A stretch of DNA of 64,000 nucleotides, taken from the IMG/VR virus record IMGVR_UViG_3300017971_000212, one strand, 5' to 3'. Numbering within the stretch: the first letter of the stretch is position 1; each line of letters opens with the position of its first letter. Of the stretch, positions 28,721-37,772 are shown in pieces. This DNA comes from an uncultured virus (IMG/VR IMGVR_UViG_3300017971_000212). Taxonomy: Duplodnaviria > Heunggongvirae > Uroviricota > Caudoviricetes. Both the position numbers and the translations under genes were made by a program. The notes below the pieces were generated by a model, which was not told the DNA's origin, did no database searches, and worked only from the letters and a program-made list of their open reading frames with translations.

Positions 28721-30967
28721 ATGACCACCCTGTTCGACGTGGACCTGTACACCGTCTTCCTCGGGTTGACCGGCTCGCACGCCTACGGGACGGCGCGGCC
28801 GGGCTCCGACGTGGACGTTCGGGGAGCCTGTCTCGTCCCCGGTCGGGTCCGGGAGAGCTTCTACCAGACGTTCGAGCAGTTCCTCTCCGAGAACCAGAAG
28901 GGGCCCTGGGGCGATAACGCGCGTCGTGCGGTCGAGGTCGTCCTCCGGCACCCGACGGCGGGCCCGGCGTACACGGACGGTGGCGAGGTCCTGGACCTCT
29001 GCGTGTACTCGATCCACAAGTACGTGGCGCTCGCCGCCAACGCCAACCCAAACGTGCTCGAGCTCCTGTTCTTGGACGACCGAGACGTGCTCTTCACGAC
29101 GCCGGCGTGGGACCGGCTCCGGGAACACAGAGACCTGTTCCTGTCGAAGAAGTGTCGTCACACGTACACGGGCTACGCGATGTCGCAGCTCAAGCGCATC
29201 AAGGGGCATCGAGCGTGGCTTCTGAACCCGCCGAAGGCCGAGCCCACGCGGGCGGAGTTCGGACTGCCCGAGGAGTCCGTGCTCCCGGCCGACGTACGCA
29301 ACCAGATCGACGAGGCGGTGTCGAAGATCATCCGTGACTGGGGAGTCGAGGACGGTCTCGACGAGCATATCAAGGGTGCTCCACAGGACGTGCTGCGCGA
29401 GCGCATGGCCGATTTCCAGGCGACCGTCCTGAACTGCACGGAGGACATGCTGGACGAGAGGACCTACGAGCTGGCCGGGGCGAGTCTCGGACTCACGAAG
29501 GACGTGCTCTACGCGATCAAGCAGGAGCGGCGGTACCGGGTGGCGCGGAAGCACTGGGAGCAGTTCAAGCGGTGGGAACGTGACCGCAACCCGGCCCGCG
29601 CCGAGCTCGAGGCGAAGCACGGCTACGACTGCTATTCGGCGGACACGCAGTTTCTGACCGACAGCGGGTGGAAGTACTTCGACGAGGTGGGTCAGGAGGA
29701 CATGCTTGCGACCATGTACGTCGGCAGAGACATGCAGCACAGGCGGCTTGGTGCCCTGGAGTATCAAGAGCCTCTTGAGAGGTTCGACGGGACCTTCACA
29801 GGCAACCTGTATGCGTTCAAGGGTTACCACACCGACGTGCTCGTGACCCCCAACCACAGAATGCTTCATCGTCAGGTCTCGCGAAGGAAGGATGAGACCT
29901 ACGGCATCACCATGACAGAAGCCGCGCGGCTGCCGGATGCCTTCGATTTCTTCCGAACGATCCGCCCACGCAAGAAGAGGTACTCCACACAGGACCTTTT
30001 CGCCAACCTTCCAATCAAACCGGAGGCGTTCCTCCGTCTGATGGGCTGGTATCTCTCGGACGGGACCGCGTCAAAGCCGAAGGGTTCGGCGCGCGTGAAG
30101 GATGTCCGCGTCAGCCAGAAAAAGGGAGGCCGTCTTCATCGGGGCCTTTCCCGGTTTCATGGTCAGTACGGAAAGAGCGCGAACGCCACTCTGCATTCCT
30201 ACGACAGAGAGAGTGGAACGGGAGAGCGGATTACGGAGATGGTCCTGGTGGTCCGAAACAAGATTATCCGGGAGAGGCTCGTGTCGGAGTGCGGCAGGAA
30301 GAAGGACAAGCGCATCCCCCGGTGGGTGTTTGGCCTTTCGAAACGCATGATGGAGATCCTTTTCGATGCGATGTGCGGAGGTGACGGCACCGTCCGTCCC
30401 ACTTCCAAGAGAAGTTGGATCTACTACTCGTCCCTGGAGGGACTCGCGGACGACGTCAACGAGCTGGCCGTACACTGCGGCTGGGAGACGTCGCGTTGGG
30501 GGCCGTATCCGAGCCCGACCGACTGGAATCCTGATGCCGTCATGTACCAGGTCCACGTCGATAAGAAGGCGAAGCGGTTTCAGCGGTTCGTCCGGCACGG
30601 GGCCGTTGAGACGGTGCCCGTGAAGAACCATCGAATCGTGTGTTTTACGGTTCCTAACGGAACCTTGATCACCAGGCGCAACGGGCGTGTCGGCATCCAT
30701 GGGAACAGCAAGCACGGGGCTCATCTCATCCGTCTCTTGAGGACGGGACTGGAGATTCTGCGAGACGGGGAGTTGCTCGTGCGGCGTCCTGATGCCGAGG
30801 AACTTGCAAAGATCAGGGACGGTTACTACACGTACGACGACCTGATGGCCGAGGCCGAATCGCTCCAGGAGGCGATGAAGGAGGCTGCCAAGGACTCCGC
30901 GCTGCCGGAGGCTCCCGACAGGGAGCGCATCGACGAGGTTCTTTTCTCGATCCTTGAGACCGCCTAA
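28721..30967 (+). CDS. Pol-beta superfamily nucleotidyltransferase (RlaP/YcgL-like) with an intein
   Basis: GSHAYG..SDVDVRG, NPNVLELL and HGYD|SKHGAHLIRL; AGGAGG RBS before ATG 28721. Confidence 0.85.
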   Translation: MTTLFDVDLYTVFLGLTGSHAYGTARPGSDVDVRGACLVPGRVRESFYQTFEQFLSENQKGPWGDNARRAVEVVLRHPTAGPAYTDGGEVLDLCVYSIHKYVALAANANPNVLELLFLDDRDVLFTTPAWDRLREHRDLFLSKKCRHTYTGYAMSQLKRIKGHRAWLLNPPKAEPTRAEFGLPEESVLPADVRNQIDEAVSKIIRDWGVEDGLDEHIKGAPQDVLRERMADFQATVLNCTEDMLDERTYELAGASLGLTKDVLYAIKQERRYRVARKHWEQFKRWERDRNPARAELEAKHGYDCYSADTQFLTDSGWKYFDEVGQEDMLATMYVGRDMQHRRLGALEYQEPLERFDGTFTGNLYAFKGYHTDVLVTPNHRMLHRQVSRRKDETYGITMTEAARLPDAFDFFRTIRPRKKRYSTQDLFANLPIKPEAFLRLMGWYLSDGTASKPKGSARVKDVRVSQKKGGRLHRGLSRFHGQYGKSANATLHSYDRESGTGERITEMVLVVRNKIIRERLVSECGRKKDKRIPRWVFGLSKRMMEILFDAMCGGDGTVRPTSKRSWIYYSSLEGLADDVNELAVHCGWETSRWGPYPSPTDWNPDAVMYQVHVDKKAKRFQRFVRHGAVETVPVKNHRIVCFTVPNGTLITRRNGRVGIHGNSKHGAHLIRLLRTGLEILRDGELLVRRPDAEELAKIRDGYYTYDDLMAEAESLQEAMKEAAKDSALPEAPDRERIDEVLFSILETA
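29630..30706 (+). mobile_element. intein (359 aa) with LAGLIDADG endonuclease
   Basis: YD|CYSADTQFLT, VTPNHRM, MGWYLSDG, AMCGGDG and GIHGN|S. Confidence 0.9.
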
Positions 30968-31011
30968 ACGGCAGCCGGTTTCGCGCAAATCTGGTGGGTA
31001 CAAGTGAGGAG

Positions 31012-32001
31012 ATGCTTCGTCTCCTCTGGCGCACCGACGTCCACTACTCCGACCAGACGCCTTCCTCCCGGACAGACGACTGGACGGAGACGGTCGCTCA
31101 CAAACTCGCCGAGGTCGGCCGAATCGCGCGCGACCACGAGTGCAGGGCCGTGATCGACGGCGGCGACTTCTTTAACGAGAAGACTCCCGTCCGCACGAGC
31201 CACCGTCTCGTGGGGCGCATCGCCCGCATCCACGCGCACTACCCGTGCCCCGTGTTCTGCAACGTGGGCAACCACGACGTGCGCCTTGCCAGACTCGAGA
31301 ACCTCGCTGAGAGCCCGCTCGGGAGCCTCTTCGACGCGGGCGTGTTCTACCCTCTGCACGACAGCAACGAGATGCTCGTGGACCACGAGGGGGTGAAGGT
31401 CCGGGCCGTCGGCATCCCGTACCACGGGCCGCGCTACGATCTCGACAGGTTCCGCGCGATCAGTCGTCGCGACGAGGACTGGCTCCTGTGTGCGGCCCAC
31501 CTGCTCGCGTCTCCGCATGGCGGAGAGATGTTCAAGAAGGAGGACATCGTCCGCTACTCCGACCTGCCCGAGCTCGCGCCCGACGTGGACATTTTCCTGC
31601 TGAGCCACTGGCATAAGGACCAGGGCATCGAGGAGGTCGCGGACGGCAAGTGGGTGGTGAACGTGGGGAGTTTGACGCGAGGAGCCCTGACGCAGGACAA
31701 CGTGGACCGAGAGCCGGGCGTGGTGGTCATCGGCCTCTGGCCGCGATCTCGGGGGATCCCGCCCCAGCTGGAGTTCGTGAAAATCTCGGTCCGGCCCGCG
31801 AGCGAGGTCTTCGACATGGAGAAGCGCACTCGAGAGGAGGCACGGCTCATGACGGTGGATGCCTTCGTCGAGTCGGTGAGGCGCGAGCTCCAGTCGTCGT
31901 CCGACCGTCCTTTCAGCGAGATCGTCGCCGAGATGGACCTTCCCGACAGGGTGAGGGAACGGGCGATGGCGTACATCGAGGAGGCCGCGAGGCCGCGATG
32001 A
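31012..32001 (+). CDS. sbcD: SbcD/Mre11-like metallophosphoesterase nuclease
   Basis: TDVH, GGDFF, VGNHD, AAH, SHWH and NVGSLTR. Confidence 0.85.
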   Translation: MLRLLWRTDVHYSDQTPSSRTDDWTETVAHKLAEVGRIARDHECRAVIDGGDFFNEKTPVRTSHRLVGRIARIHAHYPCPVFCNVGNHDVRLARLENLAESPLGSLFDAGVFYPLHDSNEMLVDHEGVKVRAVGIPYHGPRYDLDRFRAISRRDEDWLLCAAHLLASPHGGEMFKKEDIVRYSDLPELAPDVDIFLLSHWHKDQGIEEVADGKWVVNVGSLTRGALTQDNVDREPGVVVIGLWPRSRGIPPQLEFVKISVRPASEVFDMEKRTREEARLMTVDAFVESVRRELQSSSDRPFSEIVAEMDLPDRVRERAMAYIEEAARPR

Positions 32002-32987
32002 GCGAGCTAGGACCGCGGGAGGCCTCGGTAGAGTGCCCCCCGATGCCTCCCCCGCGCACCTTGTTCTGGACGCACCTCGACTCGTACGAGAAGTGCCCTC
32101 AGAAGTGCCTCTGGTCGGCGGGTTGGGGCGGCATCGACCTGGGCGCCGGTCCGGGCAAGGCGAAGCCCAAGCCGAACGACAAGTCCCGACACCACGCCGT
32201 CATGGGCATTGTGATCCAGGCCGTGCTGGAGGACCTCTACAATCAGTATCTCTGGAAGCATCGGCAGGGCCTCCAGACGCGGCTCACGCAGCTCACGCGC
32301 GAGAAGCTGTCGGCCACGTGCGCCAGGTCGTACATCGACTGGCACCAGGCCCCCTCCTACGAGGAGATGGAGCAGATCTGCGTCGCGGGCGTGCTCGGCT
32401 ACCTGAAGACGATGAAGGGTCATCGCCTCCTGGGCCAGTACGCGCGCAGCGAGGTGGAGCTATTCGGTCACGCCGCGAGCTGGCTCCCGCTCGGAGGACG
32501 CGCGGACTTCGTGATCCGTCGCGACGACACGGGCATCACCCTGCTCGACGGCAAGAACAGCGAGACGAAGATGAAGTACGTCGATCCGGACCAGCTGCGC
32601 TGGTACGCGCTGTGCTTCGTCCTGAGCTACCACCAACTCCCGCAGCGGCTCGGCTTCGTCTGGTACCGCTACCCGTTCGATGAGCAAACCGGGGAGTCGG
32701 GAGTCGACTGGGTAGAGTTCACGAAGCGCGACCTGGCCGAGCTCGTCGAGCGCGCCAAGAAGGTGCGCCGTGGACAGGAGGCCGAGAAGTTCGACGCGTC
32801 CCCGGCCTACAAGGTCTGCCGGTTCTGCGACTACGAGTCCGTGTGCCCGCAGCGCCAGGAGGCCAAGGCGAAGAACGTGGCGAAGCGCAAACGTGAAAAT
32901 CCCGAATTGTACGTCTCGGGGGACGACCCTCTGGGCATCGTGGAGTTCGGGTTCGGAGGCGATTCAGCGGTCCTCCGCAAGGGGTAA
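31998..32987 (+). CDS. PD-(D/E)XK exonuclease (RecB/Cas4-like, probable Fe-S cluster)
   Basis: YEKCP, GRADF, LLDGK, QLRWY and CRFCDYESVC. Confidence 0.8.
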   Translation: MSELGPREASVECPPMPPPRTLFWTHLDSYEKCPQKCLWSAGWGGIDLGAGPGKAKPKPNDKSRHHAVMGIVIQAVLEDLYNQYLWKHRQGLQTRLTQLTREKLSATCARSYIDWHQAPSYEEMEQICVAGVLGYLKTMKGHRLLGQYARSEVELFGHAASWLPLGGRADFVIRRDDTGITLLDGKNSETKMKYVDPDQLRWYALCFVLSYHQLPQRLGFVWYRYPFDEQTGESGVDWVEFTKRDLAELVERAKKVRRGQEAEKFDASPAYKVCRFCDYESVCPQRQEAKAKNVAKRKRENPELYVSGDDPLGIVEFGFGGDSAVLRKG

Positions 32988-33040
32988 CAGGGACAGGAGC
33001 ATGTCCCGGCACCAATCCAGGGGCCCTCGGGAGGAGCGGC

Positions 33041-33340
33041 GTGACCAACCTCGACCAGGAACTTGAGAACGTCGTCAGGAAGCGAAAGCAGCTCCAGGGG
33101 GAGCTCGAGCGCCTGCGCGGTCGCAAGGAGCAGGCCGAGGCTAATCTCGAGGCCGTCGAGAAGGAGATTCGGTCCAAAGGAATCGAACCCTCCGAGATCG
33201 ACGAGAAGCTCCGCCAGCTCGAGGAGAAGTACCAGACCCTCGTCGAGGAACTCAAGAAAGACACCGAAGCAGCCGAGCGGGCCCTCGCCCCGTTCGTCGG
33301 AGGAAGCGAAAACAATGAAGATCGAAGTAGCCAAGCCTGA
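33041..33340 (+). CDS. small coiled-coil protein
   Basis: 99-aa heptad-rich ORF with GGAGG RBS. Confidence 0.7.
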   Translation: MTNLDQELENVVRKRKQLQGELERLRGRKEQAEANLEAVEKEIRSKGIEPSEIDEKLRQLEEKYQTLVEELKKDTEAAERALAPFVGGSENNEDRSSQA

Positions 33341-34475
33341 TCTCGAGGCGGCGCTCCAGGTCGCATCCATCGGGACCGCGTCGACCGGAAGCGACCTCAC
33401 GACCCACTTCGTATTCTGGCACAGGCCAGACGGCATCGTCGAGGTTCTGTCCAGTAACAACCGTCTCGGCGTCTCGATGCCCATCGCGGGCTGCAAGGCG
33501 GTCCTCCCGGACGGCGACGACACGGGCTCGTTCACCATCGAGTCGTGGCGCCTCAACAAGTGGATCGCGGCGGTCGAGGACGCCGTGCTCGCGCTGGAGC
33601 TGGAGGACGGCGTCGTCAAGGCGACGTGCCCGAAGGGTTCGGTCAAGTTCCAGTCCCTCGATCCCTCGGAGTTCCCTCACTGGGAGGAGGCTCTCGCGGA
33701 GAGCCCGGCCGGGACCGCCATCGCGGCGCGGCGGCTCCACGCGGCCCTGTCCCACGTCAAGCTGTTCATCTCGGACAAGGACACCACCACCCCGAAGCTG
33801 GCGGTGACCGAGATCCTGAACGAGTCCCTCCAGGCGACCGACAAGGGCGCGCTCGGGGTCGTGACTATCGATGAGCTGGCCAAGAGCAACCTCCGCATCC
33901 ACGGCAAGGACCTGGGCCAGGTGCTCTCCTTCCTGGCCGCGTGCGGCGACGACGAGGTGCAGGTTCGGGAGCACGAGAGGTGCCTCTTCCTCGTGCGTCA
34001 GGACGAGGGCGTCATGTCGGTCGGGCGGCCGCACCACGCCTTCCCGGACATCAAACTCGACAAGAAACCGGACGATCCGCATCACTGGACGATCAAGACG
34101 GCGGAACTTCGCATGGCAATCAACGCCCTCGCAGCCTCGGCCGCGAGGGAGGACACGCGGCTCAGCTTCGGGATCGACAGGAACATGGTCGGCCTGACGA
34201 TGACCAGCGCGTCGGGAGACCGCGTCACCCTGCACTTGGAGGCGCAGGACCAGAGTTCGGGCGAGGACGCCGAGGTCCCGCTCCCGGAGAGCGGTTTCGA
34301 CATCGCCTACCCCTACCTCCTCAAGCTGCTCGGCCAGTACCAGGCCGAGACCATCAAGTTCGGCCTCAATCCCCAGGTAGACCAGGCGACCGGAAAACCC
34401 CGTGGCGGCTGGGTGCGCTTCCGTGAGGATCGGGGTGGCGACGACTACCTCACGCTGCTCGTCTGGCTGCTCTAG
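33315..34475 (+). CDS. dnaN: DNA polymerase III beta sliding clamp
   Basis: 386 aa; MKIEVAKPDLEAAL, LDPSEFP, QATD, AFPD and FDIAYPYLL match the three-domain clamp pattern. Confidence 0.75.
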   Translation: MKIEVAKPDLEAALQVASIGTASTGSDLTTHFVFWHRPDGIVEVLSSNNRLGVSMPIAGCKAVLPDGDDTGSFTIESWRLNKWIAAVEDAVLALELEDGVVKATCPKGSVKFQSLDPSEFPHWEEALAESPAGTAIAARRLHAALSHVKLFISDKDTTTPKLAVTEILNESLQATDKGALGVVTIDELAKSNLRIHGKDLGQVLSFLAACGDDEVQVREHERCLFLVRQDEGVMSVGRPHHAFPDIKLDKKPDDPHHWTIKTAELRMAINALAASAAREDTRLSFGIDRNMVGLTMTSASGDRVTLHLEAQDQSSGEDAEVPLPESGFDIAYPYLLKLLGQYQAETIKFGLNPQVDQATGKPRGGWVRFREDRGGDDYLTLLVWLL

Positions 34476-34501
34476 GAGGGGCCCTCGGGCCATCCCGAAC
34501 C

Positions 34502-35173
34502 GTGACGGATCTCGCTGCCCTTCCCGACCTCACGGCCGCGCGTGCGATGGCCAACAAGGCCCTCGGGCTCCGGGACGCGCTCGACCAGCAGATCGAGGAG
34601 AACGACCGACGCATCACCGACCTGGAGAGGGAGGAGGAGCTGCTCGAGCTCGTCGGCAACCTGCTCCGACGCCTCATCGACGCCGAGGTCACGGATGGCG
34701 TCCGGGCCGTCGAGAAGCTTCAGACGGAGGGACTCCAGGAGATCTTCCACGACCAAGAGATGTCCGTGCGCGCCGAGGTAGAGGAGTCGAGGGGCAGGAT
34801 CTCCGTCACTCTCCTGACGCAGCGCAGGCAGAAGGACGGTTCTTTCGTAGAGGGCGTCGTAGATCAGTCGTTCGGCGGCAGCGTGCTCACGATGCAGAGC
34901 ATTCTCATGCGGATCACGGTCATCTTCCGTCGGGGACTGCGGCCGCTCCTCCTCCTGGACGAGACGCTGGGGGCCGTGGCGAACAAGTACGTCGACCGGG
35001 CGGCGCGGTTCCTGTCCACGCTCTGCCGACGCCTAGAACTCGACATTCTCCTGATAACCCACGACGAGGCCCTAGTGGGCGCGGGCCATCGAGCCTACTA
35101 CGTGACCTACGCCAAGGACCGCGCGAGGTTCCGGGAGATCTCCTCCGAGGAGATGCAGGGAATCAGACGATGA
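34502..35173 (+). CDS. sbcC: SbcC/Rad50-like ATPase, C-terminal half
   Basis: Coiled coil, signature-like QSFGGS, Walker B LLLLDE and H-loop LITHD; no Walker A. Confidence 0.8.
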   Translation: MTDLAALPDLTAARAMANKALGLRDALDQQIEENDRRITDLEREEELLELVGNLLRRLIDAEVTDGVRAVEKLQTEGLQEIFHDQEMSVRAEVEESRGRISVTLLTQRRQKDGSFVEGVVDQSFGGSVLTMQSILMRITVIFRRGLRPLLLLDETLGAVANKYVDRAARFLSTLCRRLELDILLITHDEALVGAGHRAYYVTYAKDRARFREISSEEMQGIRR

Positions 35174-35688
35174 AGACGGAGGGTCAGATCAAGCAGAAGG
35201 CCAAGCAGGTGATCTTCCGTCACCGCAAGGAGTACGTCCGTCAGGGACTCGCCCGGCGGCCGCCGAACTGCCTCTACAACGAGGAGGTCACGCTTCCCGT
35301 CCACATGGCGAACCGAGCGACCATCCACGTCTGCGGATACTATCCCGGTGCCGACCGCAACAACGTCGTCTGCGACTCGACCATGGGAGGCGACCGGCAG
35401 GCGGCCGAGTGCCCCTACTTCCGCGTCCGCCGGAGTCCGGAGGCCCTCAAGGACGAGTTTCACGACAGGATAGGTCGAGGGATCGGCTACCTTGCGAAGG
35501 CGTACCCGGACGTGGCCGCGCTCATGTGGGTGATGGGTCCCGGCAAGGAGACGAGTCGGGAGGAGGCCGAGTCCGAACCCGAGCCCGAGAACCAGGGCAA
35601 CATCCTCGCGTTCTTCGGCGAGGAGGAACCCGAGGACCTACCTGAGCGTCCTCTCGTGGAGGAGGGATCCGATGACGAGTCTCCTTGA
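35170..35688 (+). CDS. hypothetical Cys-containing protein
   Basis: ATGA overlap; four spaced Cys; acidic tail. Confidence 0.65.
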   Translation: MKTEGQIKQKAKQVIFRHRKEYVRQGLARRPPNCLYNEEVTLPVHMANRATIHVCGYYPGADRNNVVCDSTMGGDRQAAECPYFRVRRSPEALKDEFHDRIGRGIGYLAKAYPDVAALMWVMGPGKETSREEAESEPEPENQGNILAFFGEEEPEDLPERPLVEEGSDDESP

Positions 35689-36211
35689 GGTGATGGACTT
35701 CGGAGCCACTATCAAGGAGACCCGGCGTGGGCGGGTAGCTCCCGCGATGATGGAGTTCGAGGTGAACCCGGAGCTCGCGCCATACCTCGTCTCGAGCACG
35801 CGCTCGGTCCTGTGGGTTCCCCACGCCTCGCAGGCGCAGACGATCCGGGCAGCTGTCCGCAAGCGCAAGGGACTCGAGGCGGAGCTCGTCGCCGCCATCG
35901 TCAGCATGGGAGAGCAGGCGGAGTGGGGGAACGCCCATCCGCTGACCTCCGAAGGACTCGACGCGTGCATCGAGCACCTGAAGTACTACGGCCTCGAGCA
36001 GCTCGAGATGCTCATCGCGCCCGAGACCGACGTGTCGGGACTGCTCGTTCCCGACATCCCGCTCGTCAGGGCGTCCTGGATGCCCGAGGAGGCGGTCGTG
36101 GTCGTCCCCGCCGACCGGGGGTTCGTGGGCACCCTCGGAGTCATCGGGCAGTACAAGGCGGTCGCGGTGGTCCACAATGCGAGCCGAGGAGTCGCGGTCG
36201 CGTGGAGGTGA
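35672..36211 (+). CDS. hypothetical protein
   Basis: 179-aa ORF with GGAGG RBS, overlapping both neighbours. Confidence 0.65.
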   Translation: MTSLLEVMDFGATIKETRRGRVAPAMMEFEVNPELAPYLVSSTRSVLWVPHASQAQTIRAAVRKRKGLEAELVAAIVSMGEQAEWGNAHPLTSEGLDACIEHLKYYGLEQLEMLIAPETDVSGLLVPDIPLVRASWMPEEAVVVVPADRGFVGTLGVIGQYKAVAVVHNASRGVAVAWR

Positions 36212-36885
36212 GCGAGTGGATCGGTCGTGCGCTAGACGACTCGACCCTGCTGGACGAGCACCGCGACTACCTCATGGGACGCGGCGCGACGCCCGACCTG
36301 ATCGAGAAGTGGGGTATCCGCACCTTCGAGTGCCCCTTCTCGCGCTGTCCCGACCCAGTTCTGGCCAAGCGATACGGTCCGCACCTGGAGACTTTCAGGG
36401 AGCGCATCGTCTACCCGCTCCGGTCGCTGCGCGGACGCCTGCTGGGCTTCGACAGCCGTCATGTGGACCAGAAGGACGACTTGCGGCTGCTCCTCGCCGA
36501 GAGCCGCTGGAACTGCGTCTGGATCGGGGCCCCCCAGGGAATGGACCTGATCTGGGCGGGCTCGGATCTCGTCGTCGTCGAGGGCCGCTACGACGTGTTC
36601 GCCATGCTCCAGATCGTCGGCGACAAGGCGGTCTGGGGTTCGGGACCGGCTCACCTGTCGTGGAAACACGTCGAGTCCGTGCGCCGCTGGGTGCGCGGGA
36701 CCGTGCACGTAGTCTACGACCAGGACGAAGCGGGACGCAGGGGCACCGAGAAGGGGTTAGGAGAGATGCGGCGGCACGAGGTAAGGTGCATCGAGGTTCC
36801 TTACGGCGCGTCCGGGGACGACCCCGGCGCAATCTGGGATCGCGGAGGGAGAGAGGCACTCCGCGAGGCATTCCCGTCCCTCTGA
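36208..36885 (+). CDS. dnaG: DnaG-like primase catalytic (TOPRIM) core
   Basis: YLMGRG, RIVYP, GFDSR, VVEGRYD, YDQDEAG and DDPG; no N-terminal Zn domain. Confidence 0.85.
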   Translation: MSEWIGRALDDSTLLDEHRDYLMGRGATPDLIEKWGIRTFECPFSRCPDPVLAKRYGPHLETFRERIVYPLRSLRGRLLGFDSRHVDQKDDLRLLLAESRWNCVWIGAPQGMDLIWAGSDLVVVEGRYDVFAMLQIVGDKAVWGSGPAHLSWKHVESVRRWVRGTVHVVYDQDEAGRRGTEKGLGEMRRHEVRCIEVPYGASGDDPGAIWDRGGREALREAFPSL

Positions 36886-36898
36886 AGGAGACATCGTC

Positions 36899-37432
36899 AT
36901 GGAGATCTACAAGGCCGGTGCCGAAGTGATGGACCGGGTCAAGAAGCTCGTCGCGGACTATCATCCTCACCTCGCGCTCATCCTGGACGACATCGGGGTG
37001 GTGTTCCGCGAGAAGGCGATCGAGAAGGGCGGGAAGGTGCTCCTCGGCGCCACGAAGAAGGCACCGCCCCTGCTCCCCGTGCTGACCGACAAGAAGTTCA
37101 ACTACAAGTTCATCATCGAGATCGGGGAGGACGTGTGGAAGGAGCTGACCCCCGCGCAGCAGACGGCCCTGCTCGACCACCACCTGTGCGCGATGAGGGT
37201 CGAGGAAGACGCCGAGAGTGGCACGATGAAGTGCTCGATCCGGCCGCCCGACTTCGTCGGCTACCGCGAGGAGGTCGAGCGCCACGGGATGTGGCGCCCC
37301 ATGGATGACGACACCCTGTCGGTCATCGAGGAGATGTTCGGCAAGAAAGCCGAGGAGGTCCAGCAGGCCAGCGCGGCCTCGGAGACGGCGGACGAGGACG
37401 TAGAGGACATCGTCGAGGCGCTGAATGCCTGA
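36899..37432 (+). CDS. phage metallopeptidase-like protein with degenerate HExxH
   Basis: FIIEIGEDVW..ALLDHHLCA..IRPPD..EEVERHGMW pattern. Confidence 0.6.
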   Translation: MEIYKAGAEVMDRVKKLVADYHPHLALILDDIGVVFREKAIEKGGKVLLGATKKAPPLLPVLTDKKFNYKFIIEIGEDVWKELTPAQQTALLDHHLCAMRVEEDAESGTMKCSIRPPDFVGYREEVERHGMWRPMDDDTLSVIEEMFGKKAEEVQQASAASETADEDVEDIVEALNA

Positions 37433-37751
37433 GGCTAGGGTCGCTTCCGAGGCCGAGATCGACAGGATCCTCGGGGACTTTTTCGAGCGGGACCCGTACG
37501 CAGAGCGGCACTATGGGCTGCACCCGGATGGCTCGGTATCGACGCTGAGCCGTGGCACCACCCTGCATTGTCCTCTCTGTCACGAGAAACCGACGGGGCG
37601 CATGCCTATCGTGAAAATCGAGGGGACCGACGGCACGATGCTGTTCGATGGGTGCGTGCGCTGCCTTGACCGGCATGTGCAGGAACCTCTGGCTAGAGCC
37701 TTCGTTCAGATAGCGCTGGCCACGCCCAAGCACACGGGATTTCAAGCCTAG
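37425..37751 (+). CDS. hypothetical Zn-binding protein
   Basis: CPLC and CVRC. Confidence 0.55.
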   Translation: MPEARVASEAEIDRILGDFFERDPYAERHYGLHPDGSVSTLSRGTTLHCPLCHEKPTGRMPIVKIEGTDGTMLFDGCVRCLDRHVQEPLARAFVQIALATPKHTGFQA

Positions 37752-37772
37752 CCTGGGTGTAGAAAGAGGGCG

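Noticed and set aside
35672..36211. Degenerate HK97-fold capsid or encapsulin fragment
   Set aside because: Only a vague C-terminal resemblance; too short and in the wrong context to support without a profile search.
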